Source: a virus (Duplodnaviria > Caudoviricetes). Taken from it: a stretch of DNA of 48,087 nucleotides. The notes under the pieces are model-generated. The model searched no databases. It saw only the letters and a list, made by a program, of their open reading frames with translations, and was not told the origin of the DNA. A program made the translations under genes and the position numbers. The stretch covers positions 1-48,087 of IMG/VR virus record IMGVR_UViG_3300032226_000229. One strand, given 5' to 3'. Positions 37,116-45,240 of this stretch are shown piece by piece (positions within the stretch are counted from its first letter, which is position 1; each line of letters starts with the position of its first letter).

Positions 37116-37495
37116 TCCGCAGAAATTGGATCTAAACAAAATTGTGCAAACTCTTCCCATGTGCCTTCAAAAATAACCGCAGTTGGATCTTTCACAACCA
37201 CCCTGTCTTCATACACATGGTACTCATAATCTTGAAAGCAATCCGTACTGCTAACAGGATAAATATAAATTCCACCAACACCATGTTTCAATTGAACAAT
37301 CAATTGGGCAGCCAAACAGCCCATGCCATTGGCTTCAAACGAATTCTGTTTACCAAAGCCATTGACAATGGTTTTAGAATCCAAAAACTGAGCAAGTTCA
37401 TGGCCATGTCCTGAAGGATAGCCATCGTATTGACGATAGATATTAATCACTGGCACATCGCCATCGTACACAAAAGTTAAAGACCGAGTACCCAT
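37112..37495 (-). CDS. Conserved phage hypothetical protein
   Basis: MGTRSLT..IYRQYDGYPSGHG..NGMGCLAAQL. Confidence 0.75.
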   Translation of the reverse strand: MGTRSLTFVYDGDVPVINIYRQYDGYPSGHGHELAQFLDSKTIVNGFGKQNSFEANGMGCLAAQLIVQLKHGVGGIYIYPVSSTDCFQDYEYHVYEDRVVVKDPTAVIFEGTWEEFAQFCLDPISAE

Positions 37496-37683
37496 TATGC
37501 ATTCTCCTTTGCCATATCATAACCATTCATAAAATCAGCATCGGAAAACAACGTATCGTTCCAACGCTTTTCAACTATTTTTTCAACGAATTCAACTGGA
37601 CAACCAACCCGCTCTGCAACTTCCTCACAAAGCATAACTGTAGTGTCCAGCAATTCATTAATTTCAATTTCAAGTTCGCTCAT
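37495..37683 (-). CDS. Hypothetical acidic protein
   Basis: 62-aa ORF with GAGG RBS. Confidence 0.65.
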   Translation of the reverse strand: MSELEIEINELLDTTVMLCEEVAERVGCPVEFVEKIVEKRWNDTLFSDADFMNGYDMAKENA

Positions 37684-37847
37684 TACGCATCCTCACGCAT
37701 TACACTAACACCAATCAACATTCCAATTAGACCACCAATCGCAACCATCATCAAAGTCAACAAGTCGGCATCTGGATTCACTTCGATACCACCAACGGCA
37801 CCAAAGACAATTAGAAAACTCACAAGCATTATAATAGAACCACGCAT
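37683..37847 (-). CDS. Small two-helix membrane protein (54 aa)
   Basis: Not in the ORF track; MRGSIIMLVSFLIVFGAVGGIEVNPDADLLTLMMVAIGGLIGMLIGVSVMREDA. Confidence 0.7.
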   Translation of the reverse strand: MRGSIIMLVSFLIVFGAVGGIEVNPDADLLTLMMVAIGGLIGMLIGVSVMREDA

Positions 37848-37878
37848 TTTTTACTCTCTTTTCAACTGAACAAATTCT

Positions 37879-37940
37879 AGTATATCACACTGGAAAACAA
37901 AGTCAACAACTATTTTCAAGGTTGTTGTTTTCTAGCAACA
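37879..37940 (-). promoter_or_regulatory. Early sigma70 promoter with upstream TGTTG-N8-CAACA box
   Basis: Box at 37923-37940; TTGACT (37906-37901)-N16-TATACT. Confidence 0.8.
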
Positions 37941-38164
37941 CCAGAAATTTGCCACAATTTTTCTTCGCCTTCATAATCGTGGGCATAAACAGAAAGTCTC
38001 TGTCCGTAGGCTTCGATAGTACCCCAATTATCATAAACATTATTCGGGTCTGGTTCTACAGTAACGTTCCGCATAATCTCACAATAACCTTTTTGTCCCG
38101 TAGGCAATTTGCTTTTAAAATATTTGTAACTATCGGGATAAGTGATAAAGATTTTAGATTTCAT
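37916..38164 (-). CDS. Hypothetical protein
   Basis: 82-aa ORF; its last codons overlap the palindromic box. Confidence 0.65.
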   Translation of the reverse strand: MKSKIFITYPDSYKYFKSKLPTGQKGYCEIMRNVTVEPDPNNVYDNWGTIEAYGQRLSVYAHDYEGEEKLWQISGVARKQQP

Positions 38165-38165
38165 T

Positions 38166-38915
38166 TTAAGCGGCCATTAATATAAGAGTGGGATATTTCA
38201 CAAAACCAGTGGTGTCTTTTTTTGCTTTGCCTTTTGCATACAAACCAACAACAACACCTTTGGGATCAAGGAAACGCAAATCGGATTCGTCACCATTGAA
38301 AACTGGCATACCGATGTAAGTCTCGGGCATCGGCAAAGTTTTCTTAATACCGAATACTGTAGCAACATTATAACCTTGTTGAATTGCTTTTGCAACATCG
38401 GAATCATTGCCGTCAGCGGCTGAGAATGTCAAATGGTAGTTAGCGATATCAACAACTTTACGACCAAGCACCTTTGTGTAGTCATAAAATTGGACTTCAG
38501 GAAAAGCGGTAAACATGTTACGGAACAATTGACCGTTGCGGACAACTTCATACTTTTCAAACGCAAGGTCGGAAGTGCCATTCAAACGGAACACAGGAAC
38601 AAGGTTCATCCGTTTGCTTTGCTTAATTGCTAATTCGATATCAGCAACCAGCAGGTTCATAAAATCAATACGGTTTTCAAAAAACATTTTTGTTTTACGA
38701 ATACGTGCCTTTTGAATAACGTTGGTGAATTCACCACGCTTGAACATACCACCACGACCAGCAGTATTCAAACATGCAGAAGTGCAACCAGCGGTACGCT
38801 TAGGGCAAGTTTCATAACCACTCAAATCGGCGGGAGCCAAATGCAGAATGTAGGTATTGTAACCTTGCGACATTCCTTTGAGGACTTTAGGATTTCCAGT
38901 GGACAATAGTTTCAT
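38166..38915 (-). CDS. GP88-like protein (Cys-cluster, radical-SAM-like)
   Basis: TCPKRTAGCTSACLNTAGRG, RLNGTSDL, QFYDYTK, YHLTFS and GDESDLRFLDP motifs. Confidence 0.75.
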   Translation of the reverse strand: MKLLSTGNPKVLKGMSQGYNTYILHLAPADLSGYETCPKRTAGCTSACLNTAGRGGMFKRGEFTNVIQKARIRKTKMFFENRIDFMNLLVADIELAIKQSKRMNLVPVFRLNGTSDLAFEKYEVVRNGQLFRNMFTAFPEVQFYDYTKVLGRKVVDIANYHLTFSAADGNDSDVAKAIQQGYNVATVFGIKKTLPMPETYIGMPVFNGDESDLRFLDPKGVVVGLYAKGKAKKDTTGFVKYPTLILMAA

Positions 38916-38949
38916 AAAATTTTCGCTCTTTTCTTAATCTCTAGACTCT

Positions 38950-39011
38950 AGTATAGCAGGATCGGTAAACATGTCAACAACTATTTTCAATACTGTTGTT
39001 TTTCTGCAACA
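38950..39011 (-). promoter_or_regulatory. Early sigma70 promoter with upstream TGTTG-N8-CAACA box
   Basis: Box at 38994-39011; TTGACA (38977-38972)-N16-TATACT. Confidence 0.85.
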
Positions 39012-39269
39012 CTATGCAAATTCGTAAAACTTAACGGAAGGGTCAAGTTTTTGCAGTTCTTTAGCCGCCATTGTCAATTCCTTGTAGCGTTTCTGGACCA
39101 AACTACGGGGTAGTTCACCATCACAAGTCAAATTCTCGGGACTCAAATCTGAATCGATTGAATCGGCAATCTTTTGACGGTCAGTAGCACTATCTAACGT
39201 AAGTGCTTTGGCACCAAAGATTGTAGCGTATGCGTTCTTGCGTACCAGATATGTGTTTAATGCTGACAT
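39012..39269 (-). CDS. Conserved phage hypothetical protein
   Basis: DSDLSPENLTCDGELPRS motif; AAGGA RBS. Confidence 0.75.
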   Translation of the reverse strand: MSALNTYLVRKNAYATIFGAKALTLDSATDRQKIADSIDSDLSPENLTCDGELPRSLVQKRYKELTMAAKELQKLDPSVKFYEFA

Positions 39270-39298
39270 TTTGTTTCCTTTTCGATTAATCAGACTCT

Positions 39299-39360
39299 AG
39301 TATACCACAATGGACACACTTGTCAACAACTATTTTCAATGCTGTTGTTTTTTTGCAACA
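39299..39360 (-). promoter_or_regulatory. Early sigma70 promoter with upstream TGTTG-N8-CAACA box
   Basis: Box at 39343-39360; TTGACA (39326-39321)-N16-TATACT. Confidence 0.85.
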
Positions 39361-39361
39361 A

Positions 39362-39529
39362 TCAAATCTTGTCACAACTGGCATAAACACCTTGTTTTCC
39401 AGTTTTCATAGATTGGGCACCCATATTAAAAATTGAGTATTTGCTTGCGGTCCAAGTCTTCTCAGATTTTCTCGGTTTTCTGTAAGGATAGACCTTGACG
39501 ATAACTTCGGTGGTGCTAGGAGATTTCAT
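39362..39529 (-). CDS. Small basic hypothetical protein (55 aa)
   Basis: MKSPSTTEVIVKVYPYRKPRKSEKTW..; lies between two promoters. Confidence 0.6.
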   Translation of the reverse strand: MKSPSTTEVIVKVYPYRKPRKSEKTWTASKYSIFNMGAQSMKTGKQGVYASCDKI

Positions 39530-39561
39530 AAATTTCTTTCGTTTCTCAATCAACAGAATCC

Positions 39562-39623
39562 ATTCTACTCTCATTCTGGCATATGTCAACAACTATTTTC
39601 ATAAATGTTGCAAAAAAACGACA
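39562..39623 (-). promoter_or_regulatory. Early sigma70 promoter with upstream near-palindromic box
   Basis: TGTTG-N8-CGACA at 39606-39623; TTGACA (39589-39584)-N16-TAGAAT. Confidence 0.8.
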
Positions 39624-39624
39624 C

Positions 39625-39650
39625 AAAAAACCCGCTTCTGGAGCGGGTTT
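39625..39650 (-). terminator. Rho-independent terminator insulating the early promoter array
   Basis: AAACCCGCT..AGCGGGTTT stem followed by a T-run on the minus strand. Confidence 0.8.
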
Positions 39651-39707
39651 CTAGTCTAGGGAGGGGTAAGAGTACCCACAATCAATAAAAGCAGTCCAAA
39701 ACCCCGC

Positions 39708-40169
39708 CTACGGAGCTGTGGGTTTCCAATTTTTGATTGCTTTTTCTAAGTCCTTGAATGCTTCATCTTCGTAAGAATCACTGTTGATTTGTACAGTACT
39801 ACCTTCGTTCTCAGAACCAGATATTATAACTTTGCTGTAATTCTTATTGTCCCAGTTATTACCATTCATATTATCGAATGGCCATTTGCTTTCGAATTCA
39901 TATTCTTCCTGAAGGGTGTCGAATCCAAATTCTTCTTCGCCACCTTCGGTTTCATCATCACGAACTGCATCAAATACAGTTTGAAATTTTTCGTACAATG
40001 TAGAATCGATATCGTCAATCATACCTTCCATTGTATAGATTGCGGATTGCAATACTTTAATGTCCACATAATTTTCTGTGCCAGCGACAAGAAGTTTAAA
40101 GAGATTCTTAAATTCTCCAACTCGGATGATTGCAGTTTCTAAATCAGTTAATTCGCCCCAATGTTTCAT
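39708..40169 (-). CDS. Hypothetical acidic protein
   Basis: 153-aa ORF with GGAG RBS. Confidence 0.7.
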   Translation of the reverse strand: MKHWGELTDLETAIIRVGEFKNLFKLLVAGTENYVDIKVLQSAIYTMEGMIDDIDSTLYEKFQTVFDAVRDDETEGGEEEFGFDTLQEEYEFESKWPFDNMNGNNWDNKNYSKVIISGSENEGSTVQINSDSYEDEAFKDLEKAIKNWKPTAP

Positions 40170-40342
40170 ATTGACTCCATTTTCATTTGTTGATTGTGTT
40201 GCCGTGGTTGTTGTTCACGAACGGATTCTTTGATAGTGTTTTGAAATTTGCTAACACTACTATCTATAAGCATTGCAATTCCAGAAGTTCCTGCTGTTGC
40301 TAGAAAAATACCAACAGCACATCCACATAAAAATTTCATCAT
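40166..40342 (-). CDS. Small membrane-anchored protein
   Basis: MMKFLCGCAVGIFLATAGTSGIAMLID hydrophobic N-terminus. Confidence 0.6.
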   Translation of the reverse strand: MMKFLCGCAVGIFLATAGTSGIAMLIDSSVSKFQNTIKESVREQQPRQHNQQMKMESI

Positions 40343-40677
40343 GCTATATTCCAAGTTATGTCATCACGAATTTCTACAGATTCGGATCCATCATATTCGT
40401 GAATGCGAAAAGCAGTACCGACAGGCAACCATTGAATTGTCAAATCATCTGCACCACCACAGTATACATCTGGATACATAGAAGTAACGTATGTCTCAAT
40501 TGTTTCTGCCGATTCTTTACATTCAACCATGTCAACTAGTAGTGGATCAAACAGCATAAAGCCAGTAACATCTTCTCCGTCTTCTCCGCCACGTGCAGTT
40601 GCCCATGTTGACCAACCAGCACCGTATCCTGGAGACACAAGTACTGCAACTTTTCCATCACGAATAACTTTGTTCAT
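40339..40677 (-). CDS. Conserved phage hypothetical protein
   Basis: KVAVLVSPGYGAGWSTW..FRIHEYDGSESV. Confidence 0.75.
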   Translation of the reverse strand: MNKVIRDGKVAVLVSPGYGAGWSTWATARGGEDGEDVTGFMLFDPLLVDMVECKESAETIETYVTSMYPDVYCGGADDLTIQWLPVGTAFRIHEYDGSESVEIRDDITWNIA

Positions 40678-40690
40678 AATAAATTCCTAT

Positions 40691-41317
40691 TTAATATCTA
40701 ACGTTAACTCCAGATACATTAAATACCGCAGTGATACGTCCTTCTACACTTTTGTTGATTAATACTTCATGTTCTAGCCAAGATTCCCACATTAAAAATG
40801 TTCCAGCTTCTGGATAAATGTGTAACGTATCGAAAGAAACTTCTGGATTACTAACATCAATTGCATTTTTCAATGTATTATACGTAGAAAACTTTCTGTG
40901 TGGCTTAGGATCATATAAAGCTAAAGGCGCAGAATTTTCTGGTACCTGTAGATATAGTAATCCAGACAGAAGACAATTCGGATGAGTATGACGTTCGTGA
41001 AAATCTCCATCAAACATTTCACTAAAAAATAGTTGCACATTAAAATCCATATCGCTTGTGTCATATCCACAATTATATAAAAAAGAGTGTGCTTTATTTC
41101 TAATGAAATCTGCGAAAGGAACTATATCCGGCATTTTGGATAATTCATTTCTAGGATCATATGTATTTTTATAATTCCACGCATTTGTTAAAAAACTTTC
41201 GTCGGAAAGATATTTTTTTGCTACTGGTAAAAGTTTTTCTGCTAAATCTAATTCTAAACTAGATTCAATTGCAGTTGGAAAAAAACATCCTATTTTTCCA
41301 TTTGACATATCAATCAA
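40691..41317 (-). CDS. 2OG-Fe(II) oxygenase-like (TIGR02466-type)
   Basis: FFPTAI, HERHTHPNCLLSGLLYL, WESWLEHEV and RITAVFN motifs. Confidence 0.82.
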   Translation of the reverse strand: MIDMSNGKIGCFFPTAIESSLELDLAEKLLPVAKKYLSDESFLTNAWNYKNTYDPRNELSKMPDIVPFADFIRNKAHSFLYNCGYDTSDMDFNVQLFFSEMFDGDFHERHTHPNCLLSGLLYLQVPENSAPLALYDPKPHRKFSTYNTLKNAIDVSNPEVSFDTLHIYPEAGTFLMWESWLEHEVLINKSVEGRITAVFNVSGVNVRY

Positions 41318-41921
41318 CCTTTATCGCATTCAATTCATTAATCTTTTGTGTTTCGATCTTACCAGTTTCTTTATCTAACTCACGGAAAGATTTAGATGCA
41401 CGTAACTGAGCATAGAGTGCGGCATTACGTTGTACTTCAGCGAGCATAATCTTGTTTGATTCGTCAGCAGAGAAACGTAGTCGAACGAATGTGCGAAAGC
41501 CAGAACCTTCTTTCACTACCATAAAGTTTTGACGCTGTACGCCAACTAGATTTACTTTAGCAACAATCAATCGTGTAGTACGTTCAATGTCAGCATTAGC
41601 AACACCTCTGCCAAGCACACCAGACTCAACTGCAAAGTCTTTCATCATAGAACTAGTGTATGACGAATAGTTGGAAGCAAGTTCACGTTTAGCAGATAAC
41701 ATTGCTTTGTCTACAGAGAATTGAAAATCGTTTGAGTATTCAGTACCAACTCCGTAGATAGATGAATCATCTTTCTTTGGTGTTTCAGCATACCACTTAG
41801 GGTAGTCTACTTCATTGCTAAACATTTTTGTTTCACTGACACTCGGACCATCTTTGATGGTGCTACATGCGCTTAGTGAAATTACAAATGGTACTATGAT
41901 ATAACAGAGTAATTTTTCCAT
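41310..41921 (-). CDS. LPP20-like lipoprotein
   Basis: Lipobox LSAC; PKWY..IYGVG..A..SAKRELA. Confidence 0.7.
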   Translation of the reverse strand: MEKLLCYIIVPFVISLSACSTIKDGPSVSETKMFSNEVDYPKWYAETPKKDDSSIYGVGTEYSNDFQFSVDKAMLSAKRELASNYSSYTSSMMKDFAVESGVLGRGVANADIERTTRLIVAKVNLVGVQRQNFMVVKEGSGFRTFVRLRFSADESNKIMLAEVQRNAALYAQLRASKSFRELDKETGKIETQKINELNAIKVD

Positions 41922-41924
41922 GAT

Positions 41925-42053
41925 TTATTTTCCTACATTCTTAACGTATTGACCTGCTTGATTCAAGTCTTGTCCAGCGCCTTGCATTGCGCCACCCACA
42001 GTACCACAGCCAGTTAAGACTACCAGTACACTCATAATAAAAAGAGACTTCAT
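41925..42053 (-). CDS. Entericidin EcnA/B-like small lipoprotein (42 aa)
   Basis: Not in the ORF track; MKSLFIMSVLVVLTGCGTVGGAMQGAGQDLNQAGQYVKNVGK; lipobox LTGC and G.GQD...AG motif. Confidence 0.75.
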   Translation of the reverse strand: MKSLFIMSVLVVLTGCGTVGGAMQGAGQDLNQAGQYVKNVGK

Positions 42054-42058
42054 TTCAC

Positions 42059-42781
42059 TTACCTTTCAATGCTCACATGATGATTAATAACTTTTCTGCT
42101 AGAGAACGGAATGTCCTTTACCAGTGCTTCAAACTCCATTGTACTATACCGACTCTTAAAAGTCAAATTCTTATCGGTAAACAAAAACACTAGCAACTCA
42201 TTAGAATGACTCTTACCATTTGGCAATTCAGCTTGCATTTTGTATCTAGCAGATGGAATTTGAACCTGTTTATTAATCTCTAGCACTTTGTCAGTATAGA
42301 CTAGTTGATACTGTTTGTCAACTAGATTGAAAACACCAACGGTACCTGTTAGTCCTGAGACAGCTTGAAAGACAAATCGTTCTCCGACTTTAAATTGATT
42401 CTTGCCTTCAACATGAAATTTAATTGTACTAGTGATCTTCTCAACTTCAGCTACAATGTCAACTTCACACACTTGACGATTTCTATCAGGATAAACTTGT
42501 TTGTCTCTTTTGTAGATTGTCTTGATCTCACCACTCACTTCAGTATACAGAGTAGAAAGCACAGTACACTTCTCATCTTTACAATTTTCGTTTTGTGCTG
42601 ATTCAATTAATTCACCAACAAAATTTTTAATTGCATTTTGCTTTGCTTTTTCTTCAGCAAGTCTACATGCAACATTCTCGGCAGTATCAGGACCGAATGA
42701 ATATTCACCAGTACCCGACACACGTTCAGCATGTGCAAAATTTGCACATAGCAAAGTCATAAGTAATATTAGTTTACGCAA
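42059..42781 (-). CDS. Exported protein (signal peptide; LPP20/FlgT-N-like plus beta-sandwich)
   Basis: MRKLILLMTLLCANFAHA signal; AEEKAKQNAI helix. Confidence 0.6.
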   Translation of the reverse strand: MRKLILLMTLLCANFAHAERVSGTGEYSFGPDTAENVACRLAEEKAKQNAIKNFVGELIESAQNENCKDEKCTVLSTLYTEVSGEIKTIYKRDKQVYPDRNRQVCEVDIVAEVEKITSTIKFHVEGKNQFKVGERFVFQAVSGLTGTVGVFNLVDKQYQLVYTDKVLEINKQVQIPSARYKMQAELPNGKSHSNELLVFLFTDKNLTFKSRYSTMEFEALVKDIPFSSRKVINHHVSIER

Positions 42782-43244
42782 CTTTCAATCCTTTCAATCT
42801 GTCTGCGGCATATGATGCGGCAAATGCATTTGGTTTGACCATAGGCACAACATTACATGTCCCTTTGATGTATCCAATTGCTTCGTTAATAACACAAGAA
42901 CTACCATGCATCTCATTTGGATTAATGTCCAAATGAACTTCTACATCACGACCTTCAAGCACATCTGCAAGTTTGATATACAACTCAGAAAGTTTATACA
43001 CTTCAGTCATCAAACGATATCTTGGACGATTCACTTTTTGGTCATAGTCACGCTCACGCTGTACTTCTCCAAACAATTTGCATCCATTATTTCCGTTGAT
43101 ATGAACTACGATAGCAAGAACATAATCTGCATACCAGAATCCACCTATGTTAAATCTCTCAGAATCACAACCAATATAGATTTTAGTCTCTGGTGTTTGT
43201 TCTTCTATGAATTGCCTCACCTCATCTAAATCTAATTTTCGCAC
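42774..43244 (-). CDS. RNase H-like YkuK (DUF458) family protein
   Basis: IYIGCDS, RLMTEV, EVHLDIN and KPNAFAASYAAD motifs. Confidence 0.82.
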   Translation of the reverse strand: MRKLDLDEVRQFIEEQTPETKIYIGCDSERFNIGGFWYADYVLAIVVHINGNNGCKLFGEVQRERDYDQKVNRPRYRLMTEVYKLSELYIKLADVLEGRDVEVHLDINPNEMHGSSCVINEAIGYIKGTCNVVPMVKPNAFAASYAADRLKGLKVA

Positions 43245-43265
43245 AACGTACTCCTTAATAAAACT

Positions 43266-43340
43266 TGGTGGGCTGACTGAGAATTGAACTCAGACTCGAC
43301 CGATTATGAGTCGGTTGCTTTACCATTAAGCTATCAGCCC
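43266..43340 (-). tRNA. tRNA-Ile2 (CAT, lysidine type; elongator Met not excluded)
   Basis: Cloverleaf with encoded CCA; anticodon arm CCGACTCATAATCGG resembles ileX. Confidence 0.85.
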
Positions 43341-44099
43341 ATTTACTTTGCTCATGTCTGCACATGTATATTCTTGATAACTGTTTTTCAAATTGTCTGG
43401 CATTGGAATTTCTACAATCTCGGCATTATGTTTATTCGCAATTTCTTCAGCAACATCTAAAAAACTTTTTGTCTCACCAGTTCCGATGTTAAAAACACCA
43501 GATTCTTTACACTCTAAGAACTTCAAATGATATTGTATCACACTTTCAACTGGAATGAAATCTCTGTGATATTTGTCGCTATTGTGGAAGACTTTAATCT
43601 TGCCAGTGTCTTTAGCTTGTTTTTCAAATTGACTTTGTGGACTCGCTTGCCCACCTTTATGTCCTTCACCAGAACCATAGACATTAAAATATCTAAAGCC
43701 TTGCACAATTGATCCTGATGAATGTTTACGCACATGACGTTCAAACAAATACTTTGACCATGCGTATGGTGTTCTTGGGTCTAGCGGAGACTCTTCGGTA
43801 AACTCACGGTTCAATCCATACACACTTGCAGAACTTGAATATTGCAAATTAACACCGTACATCTTACATGCATCGTACAATTGAATGCTGAAATCTAAAT
43901 TTCGTGTTAAGACTTTTTCAATGTCTTTTTCTGTTGTTGCGCTAATTCCACCAATATGAATAACCCAATCTTGTTCCATAACACTTGGTAATTGATTGTC
44001 GCCCCATTCATACGTATCGACAGAATGACCCGCATTCTCTAGCGCAGTGAGCATATGACTTCCAATGAAACCTTTGTGTCCTGTTAAAAGAATTTTCAT
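43326..44099 (-). CDS. hldD: ADP-L-glycero-D-manno-heptose 6-epimerase-like
   Basis: TGHKGFIG, SATTE, YSSSASVYG, YAWSK, RYFNVYG..EGHKG and YQEYTCAD motifs. Confidence 0.85.
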   Translation of the reverse strand: MKILLTGHKGFIGSHMLTALENAGHSVDTYEWGDNQLPSVMEQDWVIHIGGISATTEKDIEKVLTRNLDFSIQLYDACKMYGVNLQYSSSASVYGLNREFTEESPLDPRTPYAWSKYLFERHVRKHSSGSIVQGFRYFNVYGSGEGHKGGQASPQSQFEKQAKDTGKIKVFHNSDKYHRDFIPVESVIQYHLKFLECKESGVFNIGTGETKSFLDVAEEIANKHNAEIVEIPMPDNLKNSYQEYTCADMSKVNGLIA

Positions 44100-44452
44100 T
44101 TCTGAGAATCTCCTGGAAGAACTCTATAATTGTCTTCAACAGAATCTGGAGTAGATACTTCAATGATTGTGCCTTCTTCTAAACAAATCACTTGATGTGG
44201 CTCTAGCGGCTCATTGCGCCAAACGTCACCCTCATTTAAAATCGTATTACGCATACTGGCATCTTTAGTCTGAATGTACTTAACTTCAAACTTCCCGTTC
44301 AAGACATACCATGTTTCGTCTTTGTGTGCATGAAAGTGCATACTGAATTTTGCACCAGTATTGAACTTCAACAGCTTACCGCAATACTTATCATTGGTTG
44401 CAAAAATAAATTCGCTACCCCAACCCTTTTCAACAAAGCCTTCTAATCTCAT
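44096..44452 (-). CDS. Cupin (sugar-isomerase-like)
   Basis: VEKGWG..FSMHFHAHKDETWY..PH..IIEVSTPDSVEDNYR. Confidence 0.8.
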   Translation of the reverse strand: MRLEGFVEKGWGSEFIFATNDKYCGKLLKFNTGAKFSMHFHAHKDETWYVLNGKFEVKYIQTKDASMRNTILNEGDVWRNEPLEPHQVICLEEGTIIEVSTPDSVEDNYRVLPGDSQK

Positions 44453-45240
44453 TCTATCTCCTTTAGTGTGGGTGCATAATTGCCCACATGCTGTACTGTA
44501 ATTGCCGATGCTTTATTTGCAAATTTGATTGCATCATCAATGCTATTCGTCACAAGATATTGATAGGCTAAAGCCGCTAAGAACGTATCGCCTGCACCAC
44601 ACACATCAAGAACATCAACTTTTTTGGTTGGGTAATATATGTTGGCAAGTTCACAATATAGCATTGCGCCTTTTGCGCCTAACGTTACAATCATGTCCCA
44701 TGCGTGAGACTCAGCTTCTTCAAATTCTTTTTCGTTGATTTTAACATATGCGCCATTAAATGCTTCTAAGTTTTTTTTCTTTGTGTCGATAAAAACTGGT
44801 CCATTAAAATCGTGAATCAAATGTTGAATGTGTTCATAAGTCAAAAAGCCTTTGTTGTAATCAGATATAACAACAGCATCATAACCTTCCGTGTCTACAA
44901 TTCCATCCCACGGCTCTATCTTTGGCTCTTCATCTATTCTGACGATTTGATATCCAGACTTTTCATCTATGATTCTAGTCTTTGTGATTCTTGGTTCACC
45001 ATTGATACCGCCAGGTGAATTTGAAATTATTGTTGTATCACACCCAAGTTTATACAGATTGCTATGGACATTTCGAGCCATACCAAGTCTGGTTTCTTTT
45101 CGTGTTAGTTTGATTACGGGAATTGGTGCTTCTGGACTCAATCTGTCGATTGTTCCATATTGATAAACGTCTAAACAAGAATCACCGATTAGCAATATCT
45201 TGAATTTTGTTTGTGGTTGAGTATTTTTCAAGTCTGTCAT
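44449..45240 (-). CDS. hldA: Heptose-7-phosphate kinase (HldA/RfaE domain I, PfkB family)
   Basis: IGDSCLD..RLSPEAPIPV, ISDYNKG and DVCGAGDTF motifs. Confidence 0.85.
   Translation of the reverse strand: MTDLKNTQPQTKFKILLIGDSCLDVYQYGTIDRLSPEAPIPVIKLTRKETRLGMARNVHSNLYKLGCDTTIISNSPGGINGEPRITKTRIIDEKSGYQIVRIDEEPKIEPWDGIVDTEGYDAVVISDYNKGFLTYEHIQHLIHDFNGPVFIDTKKKNLEAFNGAYVKINEKEFEEAESHAWDMIVTLGAKGAMLYCELANIYYPTKKVDVLDVCGAGDTFLAALAYQYLVTNSIDDAIKFANKASAITVQHVGNYAPTLKEIE

Noticed and set aside
37879-39623. Repeats resembling a CRISPR array
   Set aside because: Spacing is irregular (260-1070 nt), the intervals contain genes, and the repeats are promoter elements.
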